This document shows, one piece after another, positions 11,830 to 24,641 of a stretch of DNA of 64,000 bases. The notes beneath the pieces were generated by a model, which worked only from the letters and a program-made list of their open reading frames with translations, ran no database searches and had not been told where the DNA came from. The stretch's first letter is position 1; every line of letters starts with the position of its first letter. The translations under genes and the position numbers were made by a program. The stretch is from the NCBI GenBank assembly GCA_028534125.1, contig CM052816.1, forward strand, positions 54,004,001 to 54,068,000, written 5' to 3'. Origin of the DNA: Lama glama. Its lineage: Eukaryota.

Positions 11830-13010
11830 CTCGGGCCGTTTATAAGCGGTGGTTCTCTTCTCCCCAGCGCACTCGAAGGTTCTGCTGCTCTGGGTGGCGC
11901 AGGCCTCGGGACAACCACCCGGGGCAACGGGGTTGGGGGAGGGGGCAGAGCCTTTTTCTCGGGGAAACAGGTGAGGGCCTAGAGGACTGGGAGGAGAGGA
12001 AGCAAGAGGCGGTAGGGGAGGGGAGGGGAGTCGGGACAGCCCCGCCAGCTCAGATGCCCACAGGGGAGGAGGCGCGCGGGTGGGTGGAGGCAGGAGCCGG
12101 GGGTCGGGGGAGAGCAGGCTGTGCCTCCTGGGCGGCATGAGGGCTGCAGCCGGGAACCGGGACGGCTGAGGGGAGGCGTCAAGTGGAAAGAATGGAGAGA
12201 ATGAGGTGGGGGCAGGGAGCGGCGTCCATCGGGCCGTAGCTAGGCCCCCCGGAAAGCGCCCTGGGACAGGACAGGGGCCCGCGGGGGACAGGGCGGGGGC
12301 GGCCGGGCAGTCATCCCTCGCCTCCTCGGGCCCCGCGGCAGCACAGGGGGCGTCCAGCCCCCTCCCTCCGGCCCCCGTGCCGCTGGGGGCCTCGCAGGAA
12401 AATGGCTCAGCAAAGTTGCACACAGCCCGTACACTGTTCTCCGAGGGGTCCCTGGCTGGAGCCTGCACGTTTCTCTTTGCATTAGCAAAGCCCAAAGTCA
12501 TCCAGTTTGCGCTAATCACCACAATTAGTCCTGAATTATCACCGGACTCTGACAGACGTTCCTTGTAACTCTCTTTTATTTCCAACAGCCCTAATCAGCC
12601 GCTCTCATTACAAACGCTGATTAAACTGCAAATTATCCAGCAGCGGCCCTGTTCCCGTCTACCAGCAGCTCGTTCAATATCAATTAAGGCCGAGCGGCAA
12701 AGCCTGCAGCCTCCGAGAGCTTCCAACTGCCTGATAGTGGCACTTATTAGTTTGGAAAACTAGGAAAATACTAATAATCAACAACCTAGGGGAAAGAGGA
12801 GGCAACCAAACAAAAGGAAGGCAGGAACGCAGCCGGAGAAAGGAGCGAGGCGCCGCCGCCTGCCCACCCCCCATGCCTCTGGCCCCAGGTGCGATCCCAG
12901 CCCTGAACCCGGGGCGGGGCTCCCGGGAGGGGTCCCTTCACTGGGAGGGCCCCAGTTCCCAGAACCAGCGAGGATGTGCCGGCCAGCCAAATAAATACAT
13001 TCGCTAACGT
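11830..13010. promoter_or_regulatory. Orphan CpG island with an embedded homeodomain-motif-rich core (about 12470-12700)
   Basis: GC/CpG-rich flanks surround a core with CTAATC x2, CAATTA x2, GAATTA, GATTA, CATTA and AAATTA. Confidence 0.75.
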
Positions 13011-14699
13011 ATTGTCTTAGGCTCACTCGAGACTTTTTTTTTTTCCACAAAGAATGCATCGAATTTGGGCATTTAAAACCAACCTAACTTCCAGAACTGC
13101 CTTTATCGAGTCGTTCTGAAATCCGTTTCCAATAAGCAGTTTCGTTTGATGCTTAAAAAACATTGACCTCGTCTCGTAAATAAAAAGGGAGTTGATGACG
13201 GCTGATTTTATTTACCTATTCTGTCAAATTAGATTTCCACGGCAGAGCGCTGTTCACATGGGCTGCAAAAATGCAGTGCTGCCGCTCCACCTCGGGACTG
13301 AAGTGAAAAGACAAAAGCTGCCTTTCTCTCCTCTCCTTGCCCAATCTCTCCCTCTCTGCTTCTCCTCCCTCTCACTTTCTTTCCTCGGAGGGTGGCTGCA
13401 GACAGGAGAAACTAGCTCTACCCCTCCAAGGAAATTTGGATTTACCAAGGGATTTGATTGGGAGGGGTGAAGGAAACCGCCGGAGAAAGGCCCTGGTGGG
13501 TTTTAAGGGGGCTACAACTTTTCAGTCTGGGCCACTAACCCTTCTAGCCACCCTCTGTCCCCTCAGCAGGAACAAGCTCCCTGATCGCTTTTCTTTCCTG
13601 TTTAATGGAATTGCCCCTCACCTTCAAACACTAAAACATCAGGAGAGCCATAACTCCCTAAAGCTGGAGAAAGGAGTTAATAAGCTGTTAATTTCTATCC
13701 AGAATTAGACGAGGTATGTGTTTGAGAGTTAACAATGTATGTGTGTATTTGTTTCACTAAAAACTGATGGACCCAAATCCCTTTGAGAATTTGAGTAAGG
13801 AGTGAATTATTGGAGACTGCTTAATGTGGCTAAGCCCATCAGATTTATTCTTTTCAAAAGAAGTGGGAAGTTTACGTTTTTGTCCCTTTCCTAAACTGGG
13901 AGCAAGCTAGTTATAGTTACATCTTCTCAAAATTTAAACACAAGAAAAGATCTCCTGTTCCCAAGGAGCTGATGTGCTTCCTTCTCTCTGGAGTGGAAAA
14001 ACCATGACTGGTTGTTTTCCCTTTTGCATTGACTGCCAGGAAGCTCAAAGCTAAACCCTTTGCATGCCTAGCATGCATGCTTAGCATGATACCTATCTTT
14101 GTGATAGAATTACTTCCTCTCATTCCTTTACCCTCTATTTCTCCTGCTTTTTGTTGGAAATAAGCAGCATGTAAACAAATGTCTTCTGAATATTTTTACT
14201 CTGTCTTTACAACACCAGCCCTACTTTGAGAAGTATAGCACTTGTATAATTGAATATACTTTGGGCTTCTTGGGGGAAAGACCCTTTATAATTTCAGGCA
14301 TTTGCCTCATTCTATTTCTGACACTTAGCTGCCTTCCAAACTATAGGAGAAATTCCTTTGATTTAAAGAATGTTTCTGCTCTTTCTCATCAGTGTTGGTG
14401 ATGCCATCTGTCTTCCTTTACACGTTCACAACCACTACTACCTTGGCTAGGACTTGGATCATCTTATGCCCCCATTTCAAAAGGAGGATTCTAAGCGAGT
14501 CTCCCAAACAGTTCCCAGTAAGATCTCCTAAAACCACTGTGGTCTCCAACTGCAGCTCAAATAGCATTTTCTTCTCTCAATCGTTTAACATATTTTGTGC
14601 ATATATCTCTTGAAACTTCATAATTTCTGTTTTGATGCTAATCTTCATTTGCTATTATTGGCTTTTACCCAACCTCAAGCTTTTCCTATTTGAAAATAT

Positions 14700-14860
14700 A
14701 TTATTGCTATGTGTCAGGTCCTTGCTAAATTCTTTATGTGTATATCTCATTTGATCCCTAAACAACTCTCTGTTGTAGGTAGTATTATCAATACCACTAT
14801 TCACATATAAAACTTATAAAATAAGAGCTCAAAGATCACTAGCTAGTGGCTGTGTGAATC
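14700..14860 (-). mobile_element. MIR SINE fragment
   Basis: 'tgtgtcagg..tgctaaattctttatgtgtatatctcatttgatcc..aacaactct..gtaggtagtattat' matches the MIR core. Confidence 0.6.
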
Positions 14861-17800
14861 AGAGGACCAAGCATGGATTCTGCCTTTGCTGAGTATTTGG
14901 CCTATCCAATCTTTGAGGAAGGAATGAGGCTTTCTGTTTTGTTCTCTTCTATTTCACATAGTAAAATGGCATTTAGGAAAACCATACATGGAATGCCAGA
15001 TATTTCAAATCTGTAGGATCCCCTTCCCCCAACTACACACAAATATGCTTTCAAAGAGGTTGACTTTGATAATGAGGTTTCCTACTCCAAAGTCTCAGCG
15101 AACATAATCTCTGGATTATCCATTTTCTCACTAAATTGGGGAAACATTTCCTTCTTGTACTAGTAAATCCACCCTGATCCGATTGCCACTAGTAGCTGTT
15201 GACACGTACCTAAGAAAACACGCTCCTGGGGAGTCCCCTTCTTGGGACAACACTCTGATAAGTACAGGACAAGGCATCTCTCCAGCTGGCATGGGTCAAA
15301 CCTTCGGAAGCGCACTCCCACAGCATTTTGGAATTCGGCATTCCAAATAATAAGCTTCCCATGTGAGATCCATTCAAAAGGCAAGATTAGAGGAACTAGC
15401 TAAGGACAGCTTTTAAATAAAGACATATGTGCAAGAGTTTGTGAATTTTCTATAAAAGCTGAAATTATTTCCTCAGTCAATTTAGCAATATTGGTGGGAG
15501 GAGAGTTTTGCCCAAGTGTCCTGAAACCCAGATTAAAGTCCTCATCTTGATGAGCAAGGCCTTATTTTGGATATTTTTTAATCTAATTTTATGTCCTGTC
15601 ATGAAAACCTTGAAAAATTACTTGCTGTCATGACATTTTAAAAATTGCCTTTTATCCCTGAAACTAGAGAATAAAGATGCTTTTAGCAATAAAATATTGT
15701 ACAGGATAAGGCCCATGTTTAAAAATACTGCTGACAAAGACACATTTGAAAAAAAAAACAACTAATGCTACTGCCACTCGCAGGTTGAGCCTCCTTGTGC
15801 GAACCTTTGGTGTAGACATCTAAGAGGCCATTTCTACTTACATGGAACAGTTAGAGGTTATTGTAACCATCTTAGCAATAGACAGGAGCTCAGCTGGAAC
15901 TGATATGTGTGATCACTGATTGATTACCTGTCTGCTTGATAGTGTGTAGTTGAGTGAACTCGTTTCCTTTACAGGACAGAAAGATTCACAAAGTAGAAAG
16001 TGCAGGTCCTTAAATTACATGAAAATTAATGTTAAGGATATCGTGATGAATCTCTGTGCATATATATGCACATATTATGGGTGTGGGTATACCCTGATTT
16101 AAGAAAATCACAGCTGTGGCAGTCTATATTTACAGCACAGACAAAAGGATGACATTATTAGCTTTACAAAAAAGAATAATTTATTTCCTACTGGAGAATT
16201 AGCCTCAAGCTTCTGCATTTTCCTATTGCATTTGACCCACAGTTTGATCTGTAACTGTTCTCTTTAAACACAGCTTTGTGGGGACTCATCCCTTGCACAA
16301 AGCAAGGTGCATCTATATTGTCTGTTTTCTCAGAATTCTGTTGCTCGAATAAGAATATCTTATTCACCTTCCTAACCCAAGAGCTGAGAAGAGTACCTTT
16401 AAATAATAACCGTTCCATAGGTATCGGCTGAAATGAAAACAGGAAAACTAGTGTTGCTGTGACGATAGCCCTGGGTCCTTAGTTCTTTCTTTGCTGGGTC
16501 CGCACTTGAAGGACTGATCTGCTAGTAGGAAGGAGATGGTTGCATTTTTGCAGTGTTTGTTCCTGTTTGCTATTATGTCTCTTGAGAGCAGGATCAGGTC
16601 TAGACTCAAAATACTACTTACTGGGCTGCCCTAACTACTTCTCTCTGATGTCTGAGGTCAGTTGGAGGCTCTGCTTCAGTTAATCTTTCTAGTGTTTGGC
16701 CGGTGTATTGGTCTTCTTCCACCTCAATTCAGTGAACAGAAACCCAGCTCTCATACCTGCCCTCATTAATTCTGCTAAGGTGGAGGGGATGCAGCCTGTA
16801 ACGCAATGTCCCAGATGTGCACTTATGTCAGAATTCATTGACATCCATTTGTCCATCCAAAGGAATCCACATAACCAGCCAGGCTCCCTGTCGCTGACTT
16901 CATGTGACTCTAGGTGCTCCAGTACTCAATATCTTAATAACTGGTTACTACCATAAGTTGATATTCCCAAGAGTGGTGGGTGGGGCTTAATCTTTATGAG
17001 TCATGGATTCCTTTGAGGATCTGATGAGTTATAAACCTACTCCTCAGAAAGATGCACATATTCACATTCCTGGAAAATTCTGCATACAATTTTAACCCCA
17101 GGTTAAAAATCTCTTCCTTACAGATGGGCCTCTTTAGTCTTTGTTTGCTCTGAGTCACGCCATCAGAGTTCTTGTTCACTCATCACCAGTAACAAAAATA
17201 GTAACTGAGGGAAGATTAAGTCACCTTTTTTCAAATTCCTACAAGAACCATTAATATCTGTGAAATCAGTTTCTCTCTTTCTCTTATAATCACCAGTTCA
17301 CACGTGTACACAGTGTTCTGCCTTTAGGCTGTTTCAGTGTGCCCATCTTTAGACGGAAGTAACCTCATTCATACATATGCACATGGACAGCTAAATACGC
17401 TAAACTTATACTAGCATTTTTAACAGAACAAAAGGAAATCTTAGGTTTCACTCTCTTTTTCTTTTATGTCTCCTTTCCCATCTCTGACAGATTTGTCACA
17501 AATACTGAAAGGGACAAAAAGAGAAGATACAAAGCCCTAGTAAGCCAGACTAACCTAATCAATCATGTCAAGCTGTCTATTTCAGATGGAGACCCCACAT
17601 CATGCAAATCTACCTATAGATTTGCATGTGTATAACATACACACATTTAGGATTTCTGAAGGAAAGTTTTTCATTCCCTTTGTGAGAACTAAGCAAAACT
17701 CTAAATAGTTCTTCCTTTAAAATGCCAGAGCAGATGTATTTTCAGATAACCTGTCATGTATGTAACCAAAGTGGACTTTTAATTATGGGACATTAACTCT

Positions 17801-18999
17801 AAATTAATATCTCATTATAACCAGAGAGTATAGAGCATATAAACTGTCATCAGAACTGAACACATTTGTACTTTATGGGATCAGTTTTGATTTTTGCTGC
17901 TCGCTTCTTTAGAGTTCCGTCTCACCTCCATCCCAAATGCCTTTTCCAACAGTACTCAGAGCAGGGGAGCTTTTATTCACCCTGTGAGCAGTGGCAGCTT
18001 GAATGGCAATTGCTCTAAACACGGCACCAGAGGGTCCAATCAGACTCTTTGAGGAGTGATGCTGCCACCTGCATCCCTGTCCTAGATAGGCTCTTCTGTG
18101 GCATCCTGGAAACAGCAGTAAAGCAATAACCCCACGTTGTGTGTTCACTTCTCCCAACCCACATCTGAAGCCAGAATATTTTGCTCAGTGGCTTGGATCA
18201 AGTTCCTAACTTTGCTAGGTCTGGGTGACCAATGAACAAAATAATTCTTTTACTCACAAGGACTCTGAGAATCTTGATTAAGCAGTTTAAGAATTAAAAG
18301 TATAACAAGATATTAACAATATATTCTAGAGAAATATTGAAAATTCAGGGAAAGAAGCCCCCACTGAGAATAGGAGGCAACCATCTGAATAAGGCAGAAT
18401 AACTGGCAAAGAAGAAAATCAAGATGGCAACTACGAACAATGAACATAGTTTTCTTATAGATCTATTTTTCTTATAAAAACATTCATGAAAATTGTATTC
18501 TTGAATACACTCTTGAGTGAAAAATTTATACACATTATTCTTATTAATAATAAAGAGATTAACAGTATATTCATAAAAAATCTTCATATTTAATAAATAT
18601 ATATTCTCCTGTACTCCTCAGTCTCTCCCTCAGTTTTCTCTTCACCTCCAACTTCAGCAGCAGCAAATGGACAGAGAAAATTTAAATCTGTCAAATGTCA
18701 TTATGAAGACAGAGTTAAGTCAATCTAAAATAGTTGAAAGAAACAAGGAAATTCAGCTTTCGTTGAATTGGCTTTGAGCAAATTGGCCTTCTTGCTTCAG
18801 TACCAGATTCTCCTGCTATTAACCAGTTTTGAATCCAGTCTTAACTATAGGGTTTCTGTCTTGTTCCTAAGTCCCACATCTCACCTAATCCTTCAGGTCT
18901 CGTGAATGGATTTCCCTGCTGTTCATTGAGTCTAGGCTCTGCCTTCTTGCCAGTACAGTTTTCAGATAGGAAGTCCTACCCCTATGGCTAGAGTCCTGT

Positions 19000-19990
19000 T
19001 GATCATTCAAGAAAACTTATTGAGCACCTACTGTGTGCCAGGCACTCTACTAACACCAGGGAGATGGCAGTGAACCAGACAAATAAAGCTTAGATTTACT
19101 TCCTGACACTTATATTTGGTAGAAGACGATAAACAATCAAAAGTAGGCTAATGAAAGAGATCATTTTAGACATTGATGAGGGCTGAAAAGAAAGTTAAAT
19201 GGATTGAATTAACAGAGAGAGATGGAAGGGGGCTACTTTCGATCAGGTTGTCACGAAGGAATCTGACTAGGTGACATTTAAGCCATGATCCAACTAACCA
19301 GGGCTCAGCCAGATGAAGACTGGGGAAAAGAGAATTCTATGCAGCAGGAATAGTTGGTACAAAGGCCCTCATTCAGTACTGTTCTTAGAAAATTGTGACT
19401 GGAGATAATGAAAAAGTAGGAAGTGACAGGAGCATGGATATTGTTCTAGATGAAACAGAAAGCCACTCGAGGGTTTTAACATGGGAGTGGTGTGATTGAC
19501 TTTGTGGTTGTTGTTTTTAGAGGATCCTGGGGATTGAACCCAGGATCCCATGCATGCTAATCATGTGCTCTGCTGCTGAGGTCTACCCACCCAGCCCCCT
19601 TCCACTGCCTCCAACTTTGTTTTTAAAGGATCACATTGGCTGCAGGAGGGGTGGAAGAAGATTTATAGAGGGCCAGGAGTGGAAGCAGAGAAATCAGTTG
19701 GGTAACTACTGCAGATACTATGGAGAGAGGGTGGTGGCTTGATGTGGAGGTTCTTGTGAAGATAGGGAAGCAAATGGATTTGGGATATATTTTGAAGGGA
19801 AATGACATGATGATGGGTTAGATGTGGGAGATGAGGTAAAAGAGGAAATAGGTTGCCTTCCAGGTCTTGATCTTCAGCCCCTGGGGATGGGGTATTGTTT
19901 CTGGAAATGAGGAAGGGCAGGTTTTGTTGGGGGTGGAGACCATAAGCATTCTCTTTGAGATACTCTTGAACATCTAAGTAGTTGCTTCTA
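19000..19990 (-). mobile_element. L2 LINE fragment interrupted by a SINE
   Basis: Antisense L2 3' end 'cattcaag..ttattgagcacctactgtgtgccaggcact' followed by a purine-rich L2 body. Confidence 0.8.
19506..19613 (-). mobile_element. tRNA-derived SINE (camelid vic-1-like)
   Basis: Antisense B-box region 'ctggggattgaacccagg..catgcatgcta'; flanking direct repeat ACTTTGT at 19499-19505 and 19614-19620. Confidence 0.8.
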
Positions 19991-20394
19991 ACCATTCATC
20001 CCACCTGCACAACCCCCTAGCCCCCCAAATCCTACCGTGCCGAACACCTACTTTCTTGCAACCTCAAACAGTATCTGACTTCAAGTGTCTAGTTTCTTTG
20101 CTGTGCCCTTTCAAAGTGCCTGACACTGTATTCCCTCATGCCTCCAAGATGTCTGCTGCTGCCTGACCATCATGTTTTGTTTTGTTTGGTTTGGTTTGCT
20201 ACCACGATTTGGGCATTGTCTTCTCCAGGCCCCGTGGTGTGGTTAGGTATGTTTCCCCAACACCAGTCCAGTCTCAGTGGAGGAGTCTGAGTGCAGGTTC
20301 CAGGCTCCTGCCCTTCCCTTTCTTGCCCTGAGCAGATTGCTTCACCTCTCTAGGCATTGGCCTCCATGTTTGTAAAATGAATGAGATGAATTCT

Positions 20395-20575
20395 CGGTAT
20401 GATGTCCCTGGACCAGCAGCATCAATACCACCTAGGAATTGGAGAGAAATGCAAATTCTCAAGCCCCACCCAGACCCATTGAATCAGATCCTCTGGGGGT
20501 GGGGCCCAGCCCTCCATTTTAGTAAATTCTGCAGGTGAATCTCAAAATCCATGCCAAATTTTGAGAGCCATTGAA
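20395..20575. mobile_element. MER5A-like hAT-Charlie MITE
   Basis: 'ccctggaccagcagcatca..agaaatgcaaattctc..gccccacccagacc..tgaatcaga..ggggtggggcccagc'. Confidence 0.8.
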
Positions 20576-21829
20576 CTAGAAATTCTTTAAGCTCCCAATC
20601 AGTGCTCATTTTCTATGAATCCATTATCCTTTAATCTGATCTATATGATTTAAGTGACTTTTTAAAATTCTGTAATTGTGTCTCAAGGTTATACACAGTT
20701 CAGGCAAGTGAAAGAGCAAATCCTAAAGCAACACATTCCTTATATAAGTATTTATGTAGTTTCTCCAAACATTTACTTAAATTCATCAGCCTCCAGCCAT
20801 AATACTTTTAAAGAAACTTTAATAAAAAAAATCACTCTGAGATTTATCACAGTGGAGTTGTACATCATTTTAGTGAATGGTTGAAAACTGCTGAACAGGT
20901 GTAATAATGCCTTTGGGATTAAATAATTGTAACAGAATTACATCTTCATAATGACAGCAAAGGGACGTGGCACCTCTCACTGCTCTATCACAGTTGATTT
21001 TAGAAGGGCTATAAGAGTTGGATCTCGTCTGAACCATTACTTACCACCTACGGTTTGATATGCTGTGTTTGTAAACTGACCACGAAATTGTAATTATTAA
21101 GCTGTGATCGTATGTAATTTTCCAAGAGTCTAATTGGTGTAATGTTTTATATTACAGTTTTCTTAAATTTGTATCTGTGTGATGCCAGAATCACCAATTG
21201 TTTCCATCAATTCAGTTAAAAAAACAAAAACAAAAGCAAATAACACCAAATCAATTAAAGCCATTTGTTTGCTGTCAACATGACAAAATTAAAACTTATT
21301 TAACTTAATGTCTTCTGCTTCTACTAGTTCCAGAGGCAATGCGTAACTTAAGAAAATAATTTAGAGATGTAAAGATTCATCACATTCTCAAACCTCAGGA
21401 AACAAAACAAAACAAAACAAAACAACCCAAAGCTCATGAGTTCTCAAAATGTCCAGGAGATAATCTAAACTTAATGCATTGTTGCCATTGTTTTAGTAAA
21501 CATAAGATTTTTTAAAATTGTAAATATCTTTCAGGTTAACTTAGGGAAAAAAAATCACTAAATTTCTAAACTTTGCTGCAAGAGCTAAGGATTAAAAAAA
21601 TAGCAAGGGAAATGATTTTAAAACAATGTGTACAAAGAGGTGAATTCTCAGTAAACAAATGTGTTTAGATTTCCCAATTTTGGGCCCCTATTTTCTTGGT
21701 GAATATAAAAACAGATCCTGCCTTTCTAAATCATAAACCGGACCCCTGGAAAGACAGATAAAAGACAGATTTCAGATATCCTTTTTGTCCTTGGTACAGT
21801 CAGCGCAACTATGTAATCGTATCAGTTTC

Positions 21830-22000
21830 TAAAACTGGACAGCTACATGTAAAAGAATGAAATTAGAACATTCTCTAACACCATATACAAAAATAAACTC
21901 AAAATGGATTAAAGACTTAAATGTAAGTCTGGATACCATAAAAATCCTAGAGGAAAACACAGGCACAACATTATGACATAAATTTCAGCAATTTTTTTCC
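21830..22000 (+). mobile_element. L1 ORF2 internal fragment
   Basis: 'aaaactggacagctacatgtaaaagaatgaaattagaaca..aaaatggattaaagacttaaatgtaag', a characteristic L1 ORF2 C-terminal region. Confidence 0.85.
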
Positions 22001-23879
22001 TAAAGGAAATATAACAAGATTTTAAGTGTGTGTTCCAGTTGATGTTTAAGCTGAAAAAAAAAAAAAAGAAAGAAATACGAAGGCGATGTAATATAAGCCA
22101 CAGGGTTTTCACAGTTAATTGAAACATCTGAGTAAAATGAAGATTACCTGTGTTTTATGTCTGCCACTGATGAGAAAACGAGAGATTGGTGTGATGTACT
22201 CATTGGTTTGTGAGTCTAAAGGTGTGTGGAGAGTGTCACAAATCACCATGATGTCCCTGAGAAGGAGATTTTACCTCTGAAGCTCCGATTAATAAAAGAA
22301 AGATATTTAGCTAGATAGCTCTTGGTTGCCTATGCATCTGTGTGTTCTGACACATAGCAGCCCCTTCATTTCAGGGCTGGAATAACTTACACTCATGAAA
22401 TCAGCTCAGGATTCATTGTGTTTAGATTAGTATATGTAAAACATCTCAGCTGGAGGCAGTAAAGAGTCAAAACAAATCACACTACACCTGGTTTGAAGAT
22501 CTGTTCTCATTTGTAAAGGTGATACGAATTTGATGTAAGAATACCAGATCATTTTCCCCTGAGCACAAAATTTGTTTATGGCTTAACCAGAAAAGAAGCG
22601 GCTAAGATACAGAGTTAGATGTATTCATCTCCTGCTGTGTACTCCTCTGAGGTCAGCCTGGTCCCTGCCAAACTCCGCAGCTTTTTCTCTTATCTTGAAA
22701 GCGCGGATGAATCGGGAGGGGTGGTCAGAGTGATGGCAGCAACAACGGGAAGACTTGAGCTAAAAGCCCCACCAGACCCGTCATATCCGTTTCCACTAGC
22801 GTACGCTGAGCTGAGGGACAGACTAATAGGAATTCAAGGGAACAAATGAACAGATTGCTCCTCCAAGTCCCCTGTCAGACGCAACATCTTGCCTTGTCTT
22901 GAGTCAGGAAAACAGAAAGAGGCATTCATCTGAATAGGAAGGCAAAACCAAAAACCAATCATAGACCACCCCACTGCCCAGGGCCAGAGTGATTTTTGAT
23001 TTGTCCAAGACTGCAGAGTTTGCTGGGGCAGAGCCAGTTTCCCAGTCTAACAACTTCCTTCTACACCACCGTTTCCCAAAGGACGTTTCTCAGAAAACTT
23101 GGTTCCATGGCGATTAGGGAAACAGGTGTCACAAAAACAGGGTGCTGTGGTCAAATTAGTTGAGGAAGCCGACCTGCAGGATGCTTGTCTGTCAACTGAG
23201 GCAGCTGATCTAGGACAGTGGTTCTCAATCAGTGAGAGAAGGGAAGTAGTATTGCAAACACTGGTGGCTGGACCAGAGTCTCCTGGAGGTGAGGTGGGGT
23301 CGCATATGGTGGACAAAACTTTCCATGTCCACACACCTGCTTGTGGAGAGCCACTGACTTTAAGGTCCCTCCCAGCTTTATTGTTACTGACCTTATAACA
23401 TTGTACACGTTGTGTTATTTAACCCAGTAGTTCTTCATAGAGGAACTTTTCCTTCTGACCAACTTACGTCTTTGAAATATACATATATACACATATGTAC
23501 ATACATACATATTTAATATATATATGCACATAGTGATATTCACTGAAGCAGTGTTGGTACTAAGAGATAAGATCCAGCTAAATATCCACCAAAGGAAAGT
23601 GTATAGGCATTACAAAGAACAGATCTACTTTCAGATGTATGATTAAATGAAAAAGCAGAGTATGGACATTAGACATTGGGGAAAAAACTGTAACATACAT
23701 CCTTAATGTAAGAAATATATATAAAAGCCTATACATAAAGCGCAAGTTTGTTTATGTATAGACTACCTCTGGACAGATACTCAAAAACGTAACAGTAGTT
23801 TCACCTGGTGTCTCAGGGACAGGGGTGTCAAAAAACTCACTTTACACTGCGGACCCCTTTGTTTGAATTTTGTACCTTA

Positions 23880-24345
23880 TGCAAGATGGCTGCTCTTAAT
23901 TCCTTCCCATCCTAAAGATGGAGTCTGTGTCTTCTCCCTTTGAATCTGAGCTGGCCTTGGGAAATGCTTTGACAGAAATGTCCTTATGGCATGTCTGACC
24001 TTAGTCTTTAGAAGGACTGGCTACTTCTGCTTCCTCCCTAAAAGAAGCCAGCTAGTGCATAAGAGTTCAGTTACCCTAAGAATACCATGTTGTGAGGAAG
24101 CCAAGCTGACCACATAGGAATACCACATGGAGTGAGAGATACCCAGCCAGCCTCAAGCTGCTGCAGCCATCCCTGTGGAGACGCTCAGGAGAGTGAGTGA
24201 GGAAGCCCTTAGACACCCCCAGTGGAGGTGAAGAACCACCCAGCTGAGCCTCTCCCAGATGGTAGAACTGTGAAAAATAACAAATTCTTGTTGTTTTCAA
24301 CCACTGAGTTTACAGCTGGTTTATTAAGCAGAAAGAGATAAGAAA
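23880..24345 (+). mobile_element. MaLR (MLT1-like) solo LTR
   Basis: 'ccctttgaatctgagctggcct', 'gtgagtgaggaagcc', and a 3' end 'ttgttgttttcaaccactgagttt..gcagaaagagataa'. Confidence 0.75.
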
Positions 24346-24594
24346 TAATTGCCTATTAAACATAAACATGTAAAATAATTTTAGGAGTATTTTTCTATAT
24401 AATTCTGTAAATGCATGATTTGAGAGCATTTTAATAAAAGGATAAGGAAGAGAGCCACTGGTGGCTGAAGTGGGGGACCAGAGGCTATCACCTGGGAGGG
24501 AAAAGAGTGAAACTAGTGGGCGTAGGGGCAAATTTTGCTGACTCCATGAAATAAACCCAGGTTTGGCTTCTGACGGGGCAACACACCCCATTCC

Positions 24595-24595
24595 A

Positions 24596-24639
<44 letters not shown>

Positions 24640-24641
24640 AC
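24595..24641. repeat. Compound (CT)n(CA)n microsatellite
   Basis: Directly visible in the sequence. Confidence 0.95.

Noticed and set aside
11797..12585. 262-aa minus-strand ORF
   Set aside because: Pro/Ala/Gly-rich stop-poor frame produced by the GC-rich island, with a non-ATG start and no recognisable domain.
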